A stretch of DNA of 24,700 bases from a virus. The notes under the pieces were generated by a model. That model worked only from the letters and a program-made list of their open reading frames with translations, searched no databases and had not been told where the DNA came from. The stretch is taken from the IMG/VR virus record IMGVR_UViG_3300048606_000054; one strand, written 5' to 3'. Positions 23,938 to 24,700 of this stretch are shown here, piece by piece. The first letter of the stretch is position 1; every line of letters starts with the position of its first letter. A program made the position numbers and the translations under genes.

Positions 23938-24312
23938 TTAAAAGTTTGTTTTGCGTGATCCGTTAATAAGTTCATCCTGCTTTCTTGGCGGCAATCCAGA
24001 GTTTTTGACCCGCTTGAAAAAGTCTTTAAACTCGTCAGGGAACTCAAGATTTGGTATCTCGGCAACAAAGCCATCATACACCTGTTTTAAGTCGTGCGCA
24101 GGAATAAAATGCAATGGCTCATCCAGAGCAGTTGACGATGATTTAGGAACATGGTAGGCTTTCTGGTGAGGCGCTTTAAATTCCACTATTAGCAGCTTCT
24201 TTTTATTTTGAGCGTACCGATAATTAGACCGACAGGTATCATTGCAAAACTGTTTGGCCTTTTTACCCGGAGTTTGCTTTACCCATTTCTGACATTGTAA
24301 ACAAAGTCCCAT
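23938..24312 (-). CDS. Zn-finger (CxxC...FCxxxCR) protein, possibly DNA-binding
   Basis: CLQCQK...KAKQFCNDTCRSNY at the N-terminus. Confidence 0.75.
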   Translation of the reverse strand: MGLCLQCQKWVKQTPGKKAKQFCNDTCRSNYRYAQNKKKLLIVEFKAPHQKAYHVPKSSSTALDEPLHFIPAHDLKQVYDGFVAEIPNLEFPDEFKDFFKRVKNSGLPPRKQDELINGSRKTNF

Positions 24313-24316
24313 TGTT

Positions 24317-24358
24317 CAAAGGTATATCAAATCGTGCAAATCGTGCGACTAATCGTGC
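24317..24358 (-). promoter_or_regulatory. -7 promoter element plus three GCACGATT direct repeats
   Basis: TACCTTTG (24324-24317) ends 4 nt before the ATG at 24312. Plus-strand AATCGTGC occurs at 24330, 24339 and 24351. Confidence 0.65.
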
Positions 24359-24418
24359 GAATCCCGTACTCCTCATTCCTCCGGCTTATAGCTTTCCATA
24401 GCCAGGGATACCACAGAA

Positions 24419-24622
24419 CTACTTTTGTGGAATGCTTAGAGTACTGATTCCTAAAGCTAGACATACCTCCAAAAGAGTGTCTATGGTGTAATTGGCACTT
24501 CCCTTTATGATTGATTGAATAGGAGTTATGGGTATTCCAGATTCCTGGGCCAGCTTGTAAACCGACCATTTCCTAATATCCATTTCCTTTTTGATTTGCT
24601 GGCCTATAGCCTTTTTCTTCAT
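24419..24622 (-). CDS. XRE-family HTH regulator
   Basis: IGQQIKKEMDIRKWSVYKLAQESGI...IQSIIKGSANYTIDTLLEVCLALGI. Confidence 0.85.
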   Translation of the reverse strand: MKKKAIGQQIKKEMDIRKWSVYKLAQESGIPITPIQSIIKGSANYTIDTLLEVCLALGISTLSIPQK

Positions 24623-24648
24623 AACAGTCCTCTTTTATAAGTGATTAA

Positions 24649-24700
24649 TTAGTTTTTAACTTCCAGCTTCTCCCCAAGTCTCACAGCCTCCTTTAATAAC
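24649..24700 (-). CDS. Probable 3' end of a gene entering from the right edge
   Basis: An open frame ...LLKEAVRLGEKLEVKN* ends just before the HTH gene. Confidence 0.35.
   Translation of the reverse strand, partial: LLKEAVRLGEKLEVKN

Noticed and set aside
24330-24358. CRISPR-like or guide array
   Set aside because: The repeats are only 8 bp with 1-4 nt gaps. No repeat-spacer array was found anywhere in the window.
565-24569. Numerous opposite-strand or nested ORFs in the track (e.g. 570..875, 4064..4402, 5255..5689, 12645..13001, 15524..15862, 21294..21590, 24327..24569)
   Set aside because: They are shadows of better-supported, translationally coupled genes and have no motifs.

Overview
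This AT-rich window looks like the early/regulatory and DNA-replication region of a tailed phage or prophage. It has no structural, lysis or integrase genes. The host is probably a Bacteroidetes, based on several exact TTTG-N19/20-TAnnTTTG promoters, A-rich start contexts mostly without Shine-Dalgarno sequences, a Bacteroidetes-type ECF sigma factor and a FecR-N-like domain. The layout has four parts: (i) a leftward block (1-2110) with two glycosyltransferase-like genes and a winged-HTH protein; (ii) a divergent switch region with palindromic operators; (iii) a long rightward block (2254-22220) of about 50 short, often ATGA-coupled genes, including HTH regulators, YopX, HNH nucleases, a DnaC/IstB-like ATPase, a beta-clamp, an NDT-like protein and the ECF sigma factor, ending in an intrinsic terminator; (iv) a convergent leftward block (22297-24700). 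The most notable element is a highly structured, promoter-driven non-coding region of about 420-450 nt (7860-8310). It has G.U-containing stems, a GAAA tetraloop and a GGGGUAGGGG hairpin, and lies directly upstream of an HNH nuclease, an apparently headless replication-initiator C-terminal domain and a helicase-loader ATPase. A second small RNA is transcribed divergently from it. Also notable is a stand-alone FecR-like anti-sigma domain next to an extended ECF sigma factor. All family assignments are from motif recognition by eye; no searches or folding programs were run.
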